64,000 nt of DNA from Chiloscyllium plagiosum (GCF_004010195.1 NC_057718.1:3260092-3324091), one strand, 5' to 3'; counted from the first letter of the stretch, positions 1 through 13,546 are shown. The notes: generated from the letters alone by a model not told the origin. Numbers and translations are program-made.

Positions 1-500
1 GTGGCTCAACATTTCAACTCCCCCTCCCACTCTGCCGAGGACATGGAGGTCCTGGGCTTCCTTCACCGCCGCTCCCTCACCACCAGACGCCTGGAGGAAG
101 AACGCCTCATCTTCCGCCTCGGAACACTTCAACCCCAGGGCATCAATGTGGACTTCAACAGTTTCCTCATTTCCCCTTCCCCCACCTCACCCTAGTTCTA
201 AACTTCCAGCTCAGCACTGTCCCCATGACTTGTCCGGACTTGTCTTACCTGCCTATCTCCTTTTCCTCCTATCCACTTCACCCTCTCCTCCCTGACCTAT
301 CACCTTCATCCCCTCTCCCACTCACCCATTGTTCTCTATGCTACTTTCTCTCCACACCCACCCTCCTCTAGCTTACTAAACCACACTTCAGGCTCACTGC
401 CTTTATTCCTGATGAAGGGCTTTTGCCCGAAACTTCGATTTCGAAGCTCCTTGGATGCTGCCTGAACTGCTGTGCTCTTCCAGCACCACTAATCCAGAAA
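1..500 (+). mobile_element. Penelope-like retroelement 3' end (GIY-YIG C-terminal region + pseudo-LTR)
   Basis: ORF 1-195 AQHFNSPSHS...RRLEEERLIFRLGTLQPQGINVDF is typical of the PLE endonuclease C-terminus; it is followed by the pLTR tail seen in many other copies here. Confidence 0.85.
404..440 (+). ncRNA. Minimal hammerhead ribozyme core in Penelope pLTR
   Basis: CTGATGA (409-415), A, stem II GGGC-TTTT-GCCC, GAAA (429-432), C-TTC; this copy has UUC rather than GUC at the cleavage site. Confidence 0.6.
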
Positions 501-759
501 CTATATGTGTAGTACCTTGCGTTTAGCCACTGCCCAAATATATACAATGTCCTTACCTTCCCAGCAACTCCTAGTCCCAACGTCACCTCCGCTCTGCTTC
601 CTGCTGCTCCTGGACAGGAAGAAGGCGGTGGGCTTCGAAGGTAAATATTTTTACTGTTCACGTAACTTCTTGGCAACTCCTGGTCCCAACATTACCTCCG
701 CTCTGCTTCCCACTGCTCCTGGACAGGAAAAAAGATCAGTTCTTTATTCACATCACTAA

Positions 760-2020
760 ACCATCCCTAATCCTATGTGCTTTTATTTTATGTTAATCTT
801 TTTTTTGAGACTTTCTCAAATGCTTTCTGAAAGATCAAATATACAACATCCCCATCATCAACTGTGAGTCACATTAACAAAGAATTCCAGTGGATTTGTC
901 AAGCCCTGCTGACTCAATTTTCCAAATGTTCTGTTAATCATTTTACAATAGATTCAAACATTTTCCCCATGATCAATGTCAGATCGACTGCTCCATAATT
1001 CTTTCTTTTCTCTGTCTCCCTTTATTAAACAATGGGGTTACATTAGTGAGCCAGTCTCATCTTTTGGGACTGTTCTGGAGTTTATAGAATCTTGCAAGAT
1101 GAACAAGGATATGGGACAAGAGCAGGAAATTGGGATTATAGCGCCTTTAGTGGCAGTTATTGTCAGTGCAGCATTGATGGACTGAAGAGCCTTTTCTGCA
1201 AAGTATGACTCTATGATTCGATCAGTAATTAATCTACTACTATTACAGAAACTTCCTTCAAGGCTCTGCAATGTAGATCTCTCCACTGCCTGAGGTTCCC
1301 AGCTTCATTCCTGAAGGGCTTTTGCCTGAGACATCAATTTTCCTGCTCATTGGATGCTGCCTGACCTGCTGTGATTTTCCAGCACCACACTCTCGACGCT
1401 AATCTCGAGCACCTGCAGTTCTCACTTTTGCCAATGTAGATTATCGGCCTAGGGATGTACCAGCCTTTAATCCCAACAATTTCTCCAACACCATTTCTCT
1501 ACTCATCCTGATTCCCTTCAGTTTCTCCCTGTCACTAAACTTCCTTAAATGCTTTGTGATGTAGATTGTCAGCCTCGAGATTTAGCAGCCTTCAATCCAG
1601 CAATTTCCCCAACATAATTTCTCTACTCATCCTGATTCCTCTCTATCACTGAACCCTGAGTTCCTGAATATTTCTACCCTTTTGCTTGTGAATAAAAGTT
1701 TGTATATTGTTGGTCAGCCACGTTATGTTCCCCATTATAAATTCCTTCATGGAGATCCCTTGCAGTCTTCAAAAATCTTTTTCTCTTCCCATTCCTGCAG
1801 AAACCTATATGGTCAGTTTTTATGTTTCCTTCAAGCTAAATCTCGGGGCATTATTTTCTCTTCCTTAATCAATCATTAATCAATCAATCACTTGTCGGTG
1901 CTGTTATTTCCCAGGCTAATTTGTTTGCCTCTTCCTTGGATCTCATATTGTGTCTAATTTCCCGTGTAAGCCATGGTTCAGCCACTTTTCCTGTTTTCCT
2001 TTTGTGTCAGGCAGCAGTAT
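760..2020 (-). mobile_element. Degenerate CR1 LINE fragment interrupted by a solo Penelope end (1279-1431, apparent TSD caatgtagat at 1269 and 1432)
   Basis: Reverse-strand similarity to CR1 RT-region sequence elsewhere in the window; direct repeat flanks the pLTR insertion. Confidence 0.55.
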
Positions 2021-3830
2021 CTGTGTGTCGGTTTCTGATTTTCAGTCAGGAATTTTCTGATTTTTAAGTGGTTCCAATCACCTCCAGATCCCTGGTTGTG
2101 GACACTGGACTTATTGAGGAAATCGGAAATGAAGAAGGCAGCAGACAGGTGTTTCAGGGCAAAATCTCTGTGTTTATTTACAATACAAAACGTAAGTAGA
2201 ATAACAGAAAAGCGGGTTAATGCAATAAACAAGAAAATTGACACAATCAATTCTGCAGACAGCAGTAATACTGTAAATTACACTATTAGCTGGATTAAAC
2301 ACTATTAGAACCTAAAACCAACAGGTTTAATCATAGAAACTTTAATCAGGCTTCCTACACTTGGGGTCCCAATACACTGTCATCTCCCAGTTCCCCCTCC
2401 CTGCTGGCTCAGTCAGAAACCTGAGGGTCTCGGGAGTTTCAGCTCACCGCTGAGGAAAATACTGTTTTGAAGTACAGCTGGCTGTTCCTGCTTGCCCTGC
2501 CCGGAGCCTGGGTGAAGACTGTAGACTGAAAAGGCCTCTCAGATTGAGTTGAATCTGCTGATGCGGTACGGTTGGTAGTGGATCTATCGGGGCTTGGTTT
2601 TCTTTCCTTTCTGCTGGATTTCTGGGCCTGGGTTTCACCTCAGGATGTATCTGAGAGCTTGTGGTGTCAGTCAGGTCACTGGTTTTTGGGATTTGTCAAT
2701 TTTTGTCAGTGTTGGCTGTGGTTGGTTGCTGTTGGTTCCCCAGGTTCACAACAGGCCTGTGTCAGTGGCTCTTGGAATGAGCTGTTGGAATTCTTCTTCT
2801 GGAGATAGCTCTTTGGAACATTTCCAGGGATAGCTCATGGGATCTGTCTTGGGGATCTCTCTCTGGATGGCTGTCTTTGATGAGATAGGGACCTGCAATT
2901 ATACTAATTGTGAGTTCCTTATTTTACACCAAATCTATACTTATTGATGTTATCCCAATTGTTTAGAGTATGTGTGAATGGAATTTGATTGTATTTGAAT
3001 GTCTGGTATCTCTCTTGGCCCCATGCTGTCTGTTCTGGGGAGCCTGAGGTGTAAAAGCAACCTCAGGGCAGAGTCTGTTTTGTTGATTGTTCTTTCAGAG
3101 ATCATGTGTAGTTTGGAGATCCAGGATGAGCAAACATTCCAGACAACCATCTCAGATCTGTGGGTTGGGTTTGTGTATTCTCCACAGAGCTCATTCCAGC
3201 TTCCATTTATTTGTTAAAAGTTTTGAAAACACCAGAGTTTTTTCCAGTACTTTAGTGGATAGGGACTTTTGCTCAATCCTACATGGTAAAGATCCTGTAC
3301 CCAGGGAATGGGGAGGGGGAGAGACTCCCCATTTCCCCCCAGTCTGACCCCCAGGTCCTTACCTGTAGAGAGGCCTCAGTTTGCTGAGGCTGGAGAGGCT
3401 GTATCTCTGTTGATCTTTGGGAAAATCCTGCGCCTTTAAATGCTGCCTGGCTGCCTTTTCTAATGCAGCAGACCCTTCCCAGTTCCAGTGCTGGCATCTG
3501 CTGTGGATTGTCAGGAAGCCACTCCCACTATGAATCACCCAGGGAAGAGGATTGCAGTGTGTGGCAAGTTAGCTTGTGTCAGAAATTAGTTCGACAATAT
3601 GAGCTCAATATGTCACTGTTTATAGCAACATCTGTATTGCTGTTCCCAGCACACAGTGACTGATAGCCAGGATATCAATCAGGAACAAACCATCACAACT
3701 GGTTCAGTCTGATAACCTGTTCTGTCTCTTTCATGTGGAACTCAGACTGCTGGGAGGGTCCCTTTAAATCCTAGTGGGAGTTTGAAACAATCAGACTGCT
3801 GTTTGTTTATTGATTTTTTTAATTTTGTAG

Positions 3831-4035
3831 GTGCAAATGTCCCAGTTTTTCTCCAGTCTCTGAGCATTTGTGTCACGGAGAGTCACACTGCCTGGTTACA
3901 GTGCACAATGAGGAATGCCATAGTGACACAGCTTCATTCTGACAATCACAAATGTGCAGCCCAGTGACACTGGGTTTTATTACTGCTCAGTCTGGGGAAG
4001 GATCTATGGGAGAGGAAGTCAGCTCACTGTAAACA
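3831..4035 (+). pseudogene. Internally deleted Ig V-set (VJ-type) exon, paralog of the minus-strand receptor V exons
   Basis: ttttgtag acceptor, then GANVPVFLQSLSICVTESHTAWLQCTMRNAIVT fused out of frame to SFILTITNVQPSDTGFYYCSVWGRIYGRGSQLTVN, then gtaatt donor; about 137 bp of the domain core is missing. Confidence 0.9.
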
Positions 4036-4614
4036 GTAATTAAGTTTACATGGCAATCACCTCCAGTAGTAATCTCATTCCCAGTGAATGATATGGTGAT
4101 TGGTTTGTGCTCAAGAAGACTGGGTAGGTGATGGAGAGTGATCTCGGGGATGGTTTCACTGTGGGGAGGAAGCTGAGCTCAGGTTCAATGTTAGTTGAGT
4201 GAGTGGAAAGGGGATTTAATTTGTGACAATAGGAGGAGGATTTTGTGGGAAATGTGGAGTTTTATCCTGTAGAATGAGTGATATTAATTCCATTCAACTC
4301 ACAAGAGTGTCAGTACCATCAGGCTGGATGAGTAGAGTCAGGGAGATTGCTTTGTGAGGTGTCACATCTGCAGGGGAATCTCCCAGGGATTGGGAATGAA
4401 CCATAGAGCACAAAGGGGCACACACATCTCTCTCTTTTCGGGAGGCAATTGGTTCGATCCAGGTTAAAGGGAACCACTCCTCATCGAGCACAGGGCAAGG
4501 GCTTGCTCTCCATGACTCCCACAGTTGAGATTGGAATTGAAACTGAGATATTGTCATTATTCTACATTGTACTCCAGCCATCTGGGCAACCTGAGTAGGG
4601 AAGAGTGAAAGTAT

Positions 4615-4915
4615 CCAGAGACCTGCCCTCCACAGCCTTCTGGGACAGAGCATTCCATACACCCACCACTCTCTGGGTGAAGAAGTTTCTCCTCAAATCT
4701 GTTCTAAGTGGCCTACCCCTTATTTTTAAACTGTGTCCTTTGGTTCTGGACTCACCCATCAGCGGAAACATGCTTCCTGCCTCCAGAGTGTCCAATCCTT
4801 TAATAATCTTATAAGTCTCAATCAGATCCCCTCTCAGCCTTCTAAACTCATGCATATACAAGCCCAGTCACTCCAATCTTTCAGCATATGATAGTCCCGC
4901 TATTCTGGGAATTGA
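4615..4915 (-). mobile_element. CR1 LINE 3' fragment
   Basis: RRLRGDLIETYKIIKGLD...RTKGHSLKIRG...FFTQRVVGVWNAL, the CR1 ORF2 C-terminus. Confidence 0.85.
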
Positions 4916-6049
4916 CCTTTAGTTGAGAAAAAGTCATGAAATGTGTAAGGTAACATCAGAACCACCCTTTAAAGTTCTGTCTCAAAACGTAAACACTGAA
5001 CAGAAACCATATTAGGATGATATAAAAATGCATGAACTATAAGAATCTGGAATGTGGAATTGTTTGGATATTTAAGGAGAGCGGCTGAAGCAAAATCGTG
5101 AGGCTGATGAAAAGTAGTGAAAAAAGATTACTCTTGTTTGATAAAAGAAAAGATCTTCCAGCAGGACCAGCTGCACAGTTTCTCCCTCTCAGTCAGTAAA
5201 AGATAATGGAAATGCTGATAAAATCTCTTCATGAGGTATATGCAAAGATAAAATTTTGAATATCAGGATTTGTAACTATTACCCATTGGAATCTGAATTA
5301 TGGTCAGAAGATCTCCCATCATTGTCTAACTTCCTGGAATCAGCCTCATCAGCAAGACATTGAAGGAACTCTGAGAATTTAACACATTCAACCTTCTGAT
5401 GGGATTTCCTTGTCCCACTGGAATTGTCTTACTTTCAGGCATTTTTTAAACAACAGCCCAATCTATTTCTGTAGACAGTTTCCATATCTGTGAATGAATG
5501 TACATTTTGTTCATTTGCTGTTTGCTGATCTTTCTCTCTCTCTTCAGGTGTTTTCCACTTCCTTGTAGGAAACACAGAATGGCTGGTTTACAAATTCTAG
5601 TTGAAAGCAACAGCTTGCAGCAGCTGGCAAGGGAAAATAAACTGGCTTTCTTCGGGCATTAGTTAGCTTTTATGGCAGAGAAAAAGCCTTAACATCAATT
5701 TCCAGAAATCCGATGGCTTTTGACTATAGCCATTCACATTCACAAGCTGTTCAGCCAGCAATGATGTGGATGTGCCGGTATTGGACTGGGTTGGACACAG
5801 TCAGAAGTTACATGACATCAGACTATAGTCCAACAGGTTTATTTGAAATCACAAGTTTTCATCGTGCTGCTCCTTCATCAGGTGTAGAGCAAGCAATCAC
5901 ATAGTTGTTGTTGGGCAGAAGGCCTTTGTCACTGGTTCCCACTCCACGGATCAGTCATCGGCATGTCGCATCTCCTACCCTCTCCATGCTGCCATTTTGT
6001 CGACAATAAACAGCACCATCCTGCTCCAACCCTCAAACTGGGCCTCTTC

Positions 6050-6405
6050 TGTATAGTGTGTAGTTCTGGTCACCCTGCTATAGGAAGGACACTATTAAAT
6101 TTGTGAGGGTTCAGAAACCATTTCCAGGATCTTGCCAGGAATGGAGGATTTGAGATATAAAAATAGGCTGGAACTTTTTTCACTGGAGCACTGGAGGTTG
6201 AGGGGTGACAGTATAGAGGTTTGTAAAATCATGAGTGTTGTAGATAAGGTGAATAGCATAGGTATTTTCCTGAGGACAGGGGAGTTCAAAATGAGGAGAA
6301 CTGTTTTTAAGGTGAGAGAAGAAAGATTTAAAAAGGACATGAGAGGCAACTTTTTTTTAACACAGAGAGTGGTTTGTGTGTCAAATGACCTGCCAGAGGA
6401 AGAAT
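6050..6405 (+). mobile_element. CR1 LINE 3' fragment
   Basis: LFSLEHWRLRGDSIEVCKIM...FFLTQRVV. Confidence 0.8.
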
Positions 6406-6799
6406 AAAATGTACTTTATTGTCACATGCACTCCAGTACAGAAGTATAGGAGTACAGTGAAAAGATTTTACAATTGCTGCCTTTTATTGGCACCATCTTA
6501 GGTACAAGTACTTTGGCACAGATCTTACAGAGTAAAACAAAAATTGTCCCTATACAGAAAGAATTTGAAGAGAAGCAGGAGCATTAATTAGAATGAATAA
6601 ACATGAGGGAGTACAACATTCTGAAGAGAATTAATATTGCAGTCTGGTAAAGAAACTGTAGCAGCTCTGCACGTGGCACCAGGTCCACATCCACCAATTG
6701 TTCTGACTCCAACACTCAGCAGCATCAAGGAAAGTTGTCTGTTCATCGATTGGAGACATGCATTCATCTAGATCTCCGTCTAGCTGTTGCTCTGTGACA

Positions 6800-7310
6800 T
6801 GGCTTGGCTGTCACTCTAGGTCTCTGCCCAGCTGTCCCTCTGGGTCTCAGCCTGGCTGTCTCTCTAGGACTCTGTCCGGCCGAGCTCTGGGTCTCAGCCT
6901 GGCTGTCCCTCTGGGTCTCAGCCTGACTGTCTGTCTGGGTCTCAGCCTGACTGTCTCTCTGGGTCTCGACCTGGCTGTCCCTCTGGGTCTCGGCTTGGCT
7001 GTCCCTCTGGGTCTCGGCCTGGCTGTCCCTCTGGGTCTCGGCCTGGCTGTCCCTCTGGGTCTCGGCCTGGCTGTCCTTCTGGGTCTCGATCTGATTGTCT
7101 CTCTAGGTCTCTGTCTACCCGAGCTCTGAGTCTCGGTCTGGCTGTCCCTCTGGGACCGACTTGGCTGTTGCTGTGGAGCTTGGCCCGGCCTGGCTGTCCC
7201 TCTGTGTCTCAGTCTGGCTGTCCCTCTGGGTCTCAGTCTGACTGTCCCTCTGGGACCTGGCCTGGCTGTTGCTCCAGGTCTCAGTCTGGCCATCCCTCTG
7301 GATCTCACCT
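6800..7310. repeat. Minisatellite, ~24-bp unit (ggtctcggcctggctgtccctctg)
   Basis: Directly visible tandem array; produces repetitive spurious ORFs. Confidence 0.9.
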
Positions 7311-7849
7311 TGGCCCATGCATTTCCTGCTGCCATCGTTCTGTGCTGCTGCTGCTGTGGGAAATGTTCGACATGTTCAGCTCCTGATTCATCTTCTGGTG
7401 TGACTCCTTTTCTCCCAGTGGGTTGATTGAAGTTGTGTGTGGGGGGTAGGAAGAAGACAAAATGTACTGTAAGAGGCGGGAGGAAAGAGGGGAAAACAAA
7501 AAAAAAGCAGGAAAAGGAACTGGTGAGCAGAGGAGCTCCGACTGGTGACTCCTACCCTGCTACCATCTTGCACAGGGCAAAAAGTGATGGATACAGGTAC
7601 ATTTACAATATTGAAAAGACATTTGGATCAGTACATGCACATGACAGGTTTGAAGGGATATGGGCTAAATGTAGGCAAGTGGGACAAGTTTAGTTTGGGA
7701 TCATGGACAGCATGGAATAGTTGGACCAAAGAGTCTGTTACCATGCTGTATGACTTTGTGTTGGATCCAGCCCGTGGATGATGAGCCCTGACCACAATGA
7801 ATGAAGGAGCGGGTTGGAAAAGCCTCCTCCTGCTCCTAATCTCTGTTTC

Positions 7850-8100
7850 TGTTGCAAACATCGGCCCTGCGAAGTTTTGCGGAAGATGACAGAAGACAAG
7901 GAAGTTTCCTTTCGCCTGACGTCTGGCTGATATCGCTTCCCGCAGAAAAGAAACAAAACTCTGGCATGGCCAGAATCGGCAATGCGCATGTGTAGCGCAT
8001 GCTCTCCCGTCCGTGCCACGTGAGCATTTTACAAAATACTGTATTAGCGGGTCCTCAACCGCAGGGTCTGCTGGGTATATATACCGCCATTGATATACAT
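7850..8100. promoter_or_regulatory. CpG-rich promoter-like island
   Basis: Local CpG enrichment with ETS-like CGGAAG/GGAAGT, TGACGT (7917), NRF1-like TGCGCATG and GCGCATGC (7983, 7995), E-box CACGTG (8017) and YY1-like CCGCCATT (8084). Confidence 0.45.
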
Positions 8101-8544
8101 ACAGTCTAGTTGTAATTGTCTTCATGTTATGAAGCTAGATGTTTAGATAATTGCTGATGGAAATAACCTACCGTGCGACCCATCTCAAACGGATGTGAGA
8201 ATTCAGCACACAGCATCCTTCTGTTGAAATTTTCCATCATTTTCACAACACAGTCGCAGCTGAAGACACGGTAACAAAGTAGGTGATAAAGTGTTGAGAA
8301 TTGATCAGGAGAAGTTATTGGATAAGCTATTCTCCAAGTCGACAGGATACTAGGACCGGATGAGTTATATCCACTGAAGTACAATGCAGTGAAAGAGGAA
8401 ACTGTGGAGACATTGTCCGTAATCTCTTAGCCCTCCCTTAACTCAGGAGAAGTACCAAAAGAATGGAGACTTGCAAACATTGTGTGTCTTTCTTTGTCAT
8501 AAGATCATAAACGGGGATGTTCACTGATGTTGATGTAATGTTCA

Positions 8545-8900
8545 GCATCGGAGGCTGAGGGGTGACCTTACGAGGTTCATAATGTCACAAGGGGCATGGA
8601 AAATCTTTTTCCTGGCGTAGAGAGTCCAAAAGTAGAGAGCATAGGTTTAGGCTGAGAGGGGAAAGATTTAAAGGGGATCTAAAGGGCAACTGTTCCAGTG
8701 CATGAAACAAGCTGCCAGAGGAGGTTGTGGAGGTGGACACAATCACAACATTTAAAAGGCATCTGGATGTGTACATGAATGTGAAGTGTTCAGAGGGATA
8801 TGGGTTAAATGCTGCCAAATGGGACTTGGTCAGTTTAAGATATCTGGTCAGCATGGGCAAATTGGACTGAAGTGTCTGTTTCCTAATGTATAACTCTTAT
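8545..8900 (+). mobile_element. CR1 LINE 3' fragment
   Basis: ggaggctgaggggtgacctt... and a CR1 3' UTR shared with other copies. Confidence 0.75.
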
Positions 8901-9114
8901 GACTAATGGGTAGCGGGTAAGATTCACAATTTTGTCAAAATCAGAAAAGACCTTCTGCCTGTGCGAATTAGCCTTAATATAGACCAGTTGCAAAAATGAT
9001 TTATTTGTGTCTGTGTATGTGTGTGTTTGTGGGGGTGTGTTTATGTGTCTGAGAGTTGGTGTGTGTGTGTGTTGTATGTGTTGGTATGTGCATAATATAG
9101 CATGTGTGTCTGCA

Positions 9115-9222
9115 TGTGGCATGGTGGTTCAGTGCTTAGCACTGCTGGGTTCGATTCCACTCCTGGAGAGCTGTTTATGTGCAGTTTTCACATTCTCCCC
9201 ATGTCTGCATGGGTTTTCTCTC
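9115..9222 (+). mobile_element. Truncated HE1/V-SINE head
   Basis: ggcatggtggttcagtgcttagcactgct...ggttcgattcc tRNA-like A/B boxes. Confidence 0.6.
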
Positions 9223-10319
9223 ACAGTCATTGTTTTGTGTGTGTGTATATGATTATATATATATATATATATATATCACTGATCCCTGTGGAACCCCACT
9301 GGGTCACCAGCCTGAGAAAGAATCCTGATTCCCTCTTATGTTTCCTGTCCATGAGGAGGAATTTCTTCTCCCTGATGAAGTGAATCTGTGGCATTCTTTA
9401 CTGCAGAGGGCTGTTGATGCTGGGTCATGAAGCATCTTCAAGTTTGAGAGACATATTTTTAATCATTAACAGAATCAATGGTTATGGGGAAAGGGCGGGA
9501 AAGTGGAAATTGGGATTATCAGATCAACGTGATCTCTTTCAATGATGGAGCAGATTTAAGGGGCTGAATGGCTTAATCGTCCTCCTTTGTCTTCTGGTCT
9601 TAAGGTCCATTTGAGGCATTTAACAGGAGACTGAGTGATTATTTGAACAGAAAGAATGTGCTGAATTGCTGATGCTACTGTTTGAACATCAAAATCTCTC
9701 AGGTCAATCCTCCCAGGGATTGGTGCCGGTCAAACTAGCTTCCTGGAATCTGTCCCAAATCCCTCATGACTGTCCCTTGGATTGGTCCATTCATTTGGCA
9801 AATTTAGTCAGGCTGTGACCCCACACAATCAGATCTGGTAAACAGTTCAACCTGAGTCCCATCACTGATGAGTCTGCTTTTATCCACCCCAGGCATGCAC
9901 CTCCCAGGATGTGAAAGTGGATAACATAAGGAAATTAAAAACGAGTTCAGGAAGATTGTTCAGGATACTTTGAGTAACATTGCGCAGAGATTAAAAATGA
10001 GAGCTTTGTTAGATTCATTCAACGCCACATCATTGCCCAGTGCACCTTAAAAAAGAAACACATTCTGAAATGTCTGTGTGGGTGTCATGGTGGGTTTCAA
10101 ATCATCGAACCAGGTTTATGTTGGTGTTTCCATCTGCAGGATAACAGGAGATGGGAATGGGGGAGATCTGCCTATTGGATGAAGCTGCAACTCAGTGTGG
10201 GACAGTGCACACTGACTCTTTCATTGTCCGGTTGCAGAGGTTGCGAGGAACTATCTCTTAGTGCAGTGTGGGCCATTTGATCCACATCATAAAACTTTTC
10301 TTTAAACATCCAGAAAGTG

Positions 10320-12860
10320 GGGACTCCAAATGCTGGAGGTCAGAGTTGAAAAGAGTGGTGCTGGAAAAGCACAGATAGTCAGGCACTGTCTGAGGAGCAG
10401 GAGAATCAATGTTTTGTGCATGAGCTTTTCATCAGGAATGAGGCTTGTAGCCCAAGGGGGCTGAGAGATAAATGGGAGGGAGTGGGGCAGGGAGGGATGG
10501 TAGTTGGGAATGTGATAGGTAGATGAAGGTGGGGATGAAGGTGATTGGTCAGAGAAGAGGGTGGAGTGGATAGGTGGGAAATGTAACAAACAAGTAGGAC
10601 TGTTCAAGGGGGTGGTGCTGAATTGGAAGGTTTGGACTGGGATAAGGTGGGGAGAGGGGAAATGAGAAAATTGATGAAACCTGCATTGATCCCATGTGGT
10701 TGGAGTGTCCCAAGGTGGAAAATGAGGTGTTCTTCCTCCAGGTATCGGGTGGTTACGGTTTGGCGGTGGAGGAGGCCCATGACTTGCATGTCCTTGGCGG
10801 ATTGGGAGGGAGAGTTAAAGTATTTGGCCAAATGGCGGTGGGGTTGTTTAGTGCATGTGTACCAGAGATGTTCTCTGAAATGTTCTGCAAGTAGGTGTCC
10901 TGTTTCCCCACTGTCGAGGAGATCACATTGGGAGCAGTAGATGTAGTTGATGACATGTGTGGAAGCACAGGTAAATCTCTGTCAGATGTGGAAGGATCCT
11001 GGATTCTTTGGGGCCTTGGACGGAGGTGTGTGGGGAGGTGGAGATTTTGCACTTCTTGTGGTGGCAGGGCAAGACGGCGGGAGTGTAAGGTGGTTTGGAA
11101 GGCATGTGGATCTGACAAGGGAGTCACGAATGGAATGGTCTCTCTGGAATGCAGATGGGGTGGGGAGGGAAATATATCCCTGGTGGTGGGGTCTGTTTGT
11201 AGTTGGCGGAAATGGCAGAAGATAATGTGATGTATCCGGAGTTTAGAAGAATGGCAGGTGAGGATTAGGGGTGGGGGTTTCTGTTCTTGTTGCATTGGGG
11301 AGGGGTGGGGTTCAAGGGCGGGGGTGTGGGGAGTGAAGGAGATATGCGTTAGAGGGCATCATCCACTATGTGGGAGGGAAATTGTGGTTGTTGATGAAGG
11401 AAACCATCTAGAATGTTCTATGGTGGAATTGGTCATCCTGGGAGCAGATGCAGTGGAGGCAGAGGAATTAGGAATAAGGGATAGTATTTTTTCAAGAGAC
11501 AAATTCTCAAGAGGTGTAGTCTGGGTAGCTGTGGGAGTCGGTGGGTTTGTAGTGGATGTTCGTGTGGAGTTGGTCACTGGAAATGGAGATGGAGAGGTCC
11601 AGTAAGGGGAGGGAGGTGTCCAAGATGGTCCAGGTGAACTTGACATCGGGATGGAAGATTCAGGGAAGTTGATGAATGCTCAGCCTCCTCATGGGAGCAC
11701 AAGGTGGTGCCGATACAGTCGTTGATGTAGCGGAGGAAAATGTGGGGAATGGTGCCAGTGTAGCTGCGGAAGATGGACTGTTCCACGTAGCCAACGAAGA
11801 GGCAGGCATAACTGGAGCCCATGCAGGTGCCAATGGCTACCCCCTTTCTCTGGAGGATGTGGGAAGATTCAAAGGAGAAACTATTGAGGGTGAGGATCAG
11901 TTCAACCAATCGATGAATGTCAGTAGAAGAGTACTAGTTGGGTTGGTGTGGGAGGAAGTAACAGAGGGCTTGGAGGCCTTCGTCATGGCGAATGGATGTA
12001 TACAGGGACTGGATGTCCATGGTGAAGATGAGGCTTTGAGGGCCTGGGAAATGAAAGCCATGAAGGAGGTGGAGAGCGTAGGTGGTGTCCCAAATGTAGG
12101 TGGAGGATTCCTGGACCAAGGGGACTGGACGGTGTCAAGGTATGCAGAGATCTGTTCAGTGGGGCAGGACCAGGCTGAGGCAATGGGTCAACTGGGGCAG
12201 TGGTGTAGAGGTGAGTGCACCAACCTACCACAACGCCTCCTTCTCTGCTGGTTTGATAGTGAGATTGAGGTTGGAGCAGAGGGAGTGAAGGGATGCACGT
12301 TGCGAGGGTGAGAGGTTGGAGTGAGTGAGGTGAGCAGACAGGTCGAGGAGGTGAATGTCACGGCGGCAGTTGGAAACGAAGAGATTGAGGGCAGGTAAGA
12401 GACCAGCATGGAGTGTCGAGGTGAGTGGGGTGTGTTGGTGTTGGGTGAGGGGGTCCTTGGAGGGTGGGTGGATGTCTTGGTGGAAAACGTAAGCCTGGAG
12501 GCAGAGGCAGTGGAAGAAGTGTTTGATGTCACAACGCATGTCGTATTCATTGATCTGGGAGTGTAGAGAATGAAGGTAAGGACTTTCTTGAGGACTGATT
12601 GTTCATCCTCAGTGAGGGGGCAGTCTGGGAGGATGGAAGAACATGGCAATGATGAGAGCTCCGACCTTGTGTGGGGCTGGAGCTGTGAGTGTGGGCTGAG
12701 ACTGTCTTTTGAATGCGTGTGGTTAAGGCATCATGGGTGATGTCACCAACAGAAGTGATGCTAAGAGATGGAAATGTGTTGCTGGAGAAGCGCAGCAGGT
12801 CAGGCAGCATCTAGGGAACAGGAGAATCGACATTTCGGGCATTAGCCCTTCTTCCTGAAG
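10320..12860 (-). mobile_element. Near full-length degenerate Penelope-like element (RT + GIY-YIG), pLTR sequence at both ends
   Basis: Frameshifted ORFs: LIFTMDIQSLYTSI, KGVAIGTCMGSSYACLFVGYVE, FLRYINDC, HLGTLQPHGIN. Confidence 0.9.
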
Positions 12861-13546
12861 GGGAGAGGTGATGTCGTCAATATTCAAGTGAGTGATGTCA
12901 ATGGGGGTGGAAGTGGCTGTGGTGTCAGCAACTCAGAGGCACAAGTTAAGGAATGCATGGCATAGGCGATATCATCTTTAAACATCCCAACAAAAGGAAA
13001 TGAGCTCGATACCATTCAGGACAAAGCAACCGCTTGAATGGCATCACATCTACGAACATCTCCGCTCTTTACCATCGAGGCTCAGTAACAGCAGTGTGCA
13101 CCATCTACAAGATGCACTGCAGAAATTCACCACATGTCCTCAGACAGCATTGTCTGAACTCAAGACCACTTCCATTTGGAAACACAAGGGAAGCAGATAC
13201 ATGTGAACACCAGTTCACTTCCAAGCCAGTAAAAAACAATAAAGAATTAGCCAAACATTTGTAGGGGAGAAAATGTTCAAATCCATGACCAAGGCTGTTA
13301 AAACAAGAGACTGAAATCCCTGTGCAGACAGGCAGGATCACCAAGGTTTTGTGAAAGTGAAAATATTATTGACTTAATGATTATCTTGTTGACAAAATAA
13401 CAAGCAATGAAGAAAAGGGTGATCTGTTGATGTGGTATATTTTTATTTCTAAAGCACATCAGAGTTTATGCTGTGCAATAACAGCTCACATTGAAGTGAG
13501 GATCATATTATCACAAATAGAGGATGGATTTGCAACAACAAATTAT

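Noticed and set aside
5548-5600. Possible terminal exon for the plus-strand V paralog (VFHFLVGNTEWLVYKF*)
   Set aside because: Only a good acceptor supports it; no homology to receptor exons
6758-7386. Long repetitive ORFs (RPRGTARP..., LGLGLAVP...)
   Set aside because: By-products of a stop-free 24-bp minisatellite; no gene context
7797-7889. Signal-peptide-like mini ORF MNEGAGWKSLLLLLISVSVA...
   Set aside because: Matches the CR1 3' UTR motif gcctcctcctgctccta seen in other copies; wrong strand and position for the receptor, and stops after 30 codons
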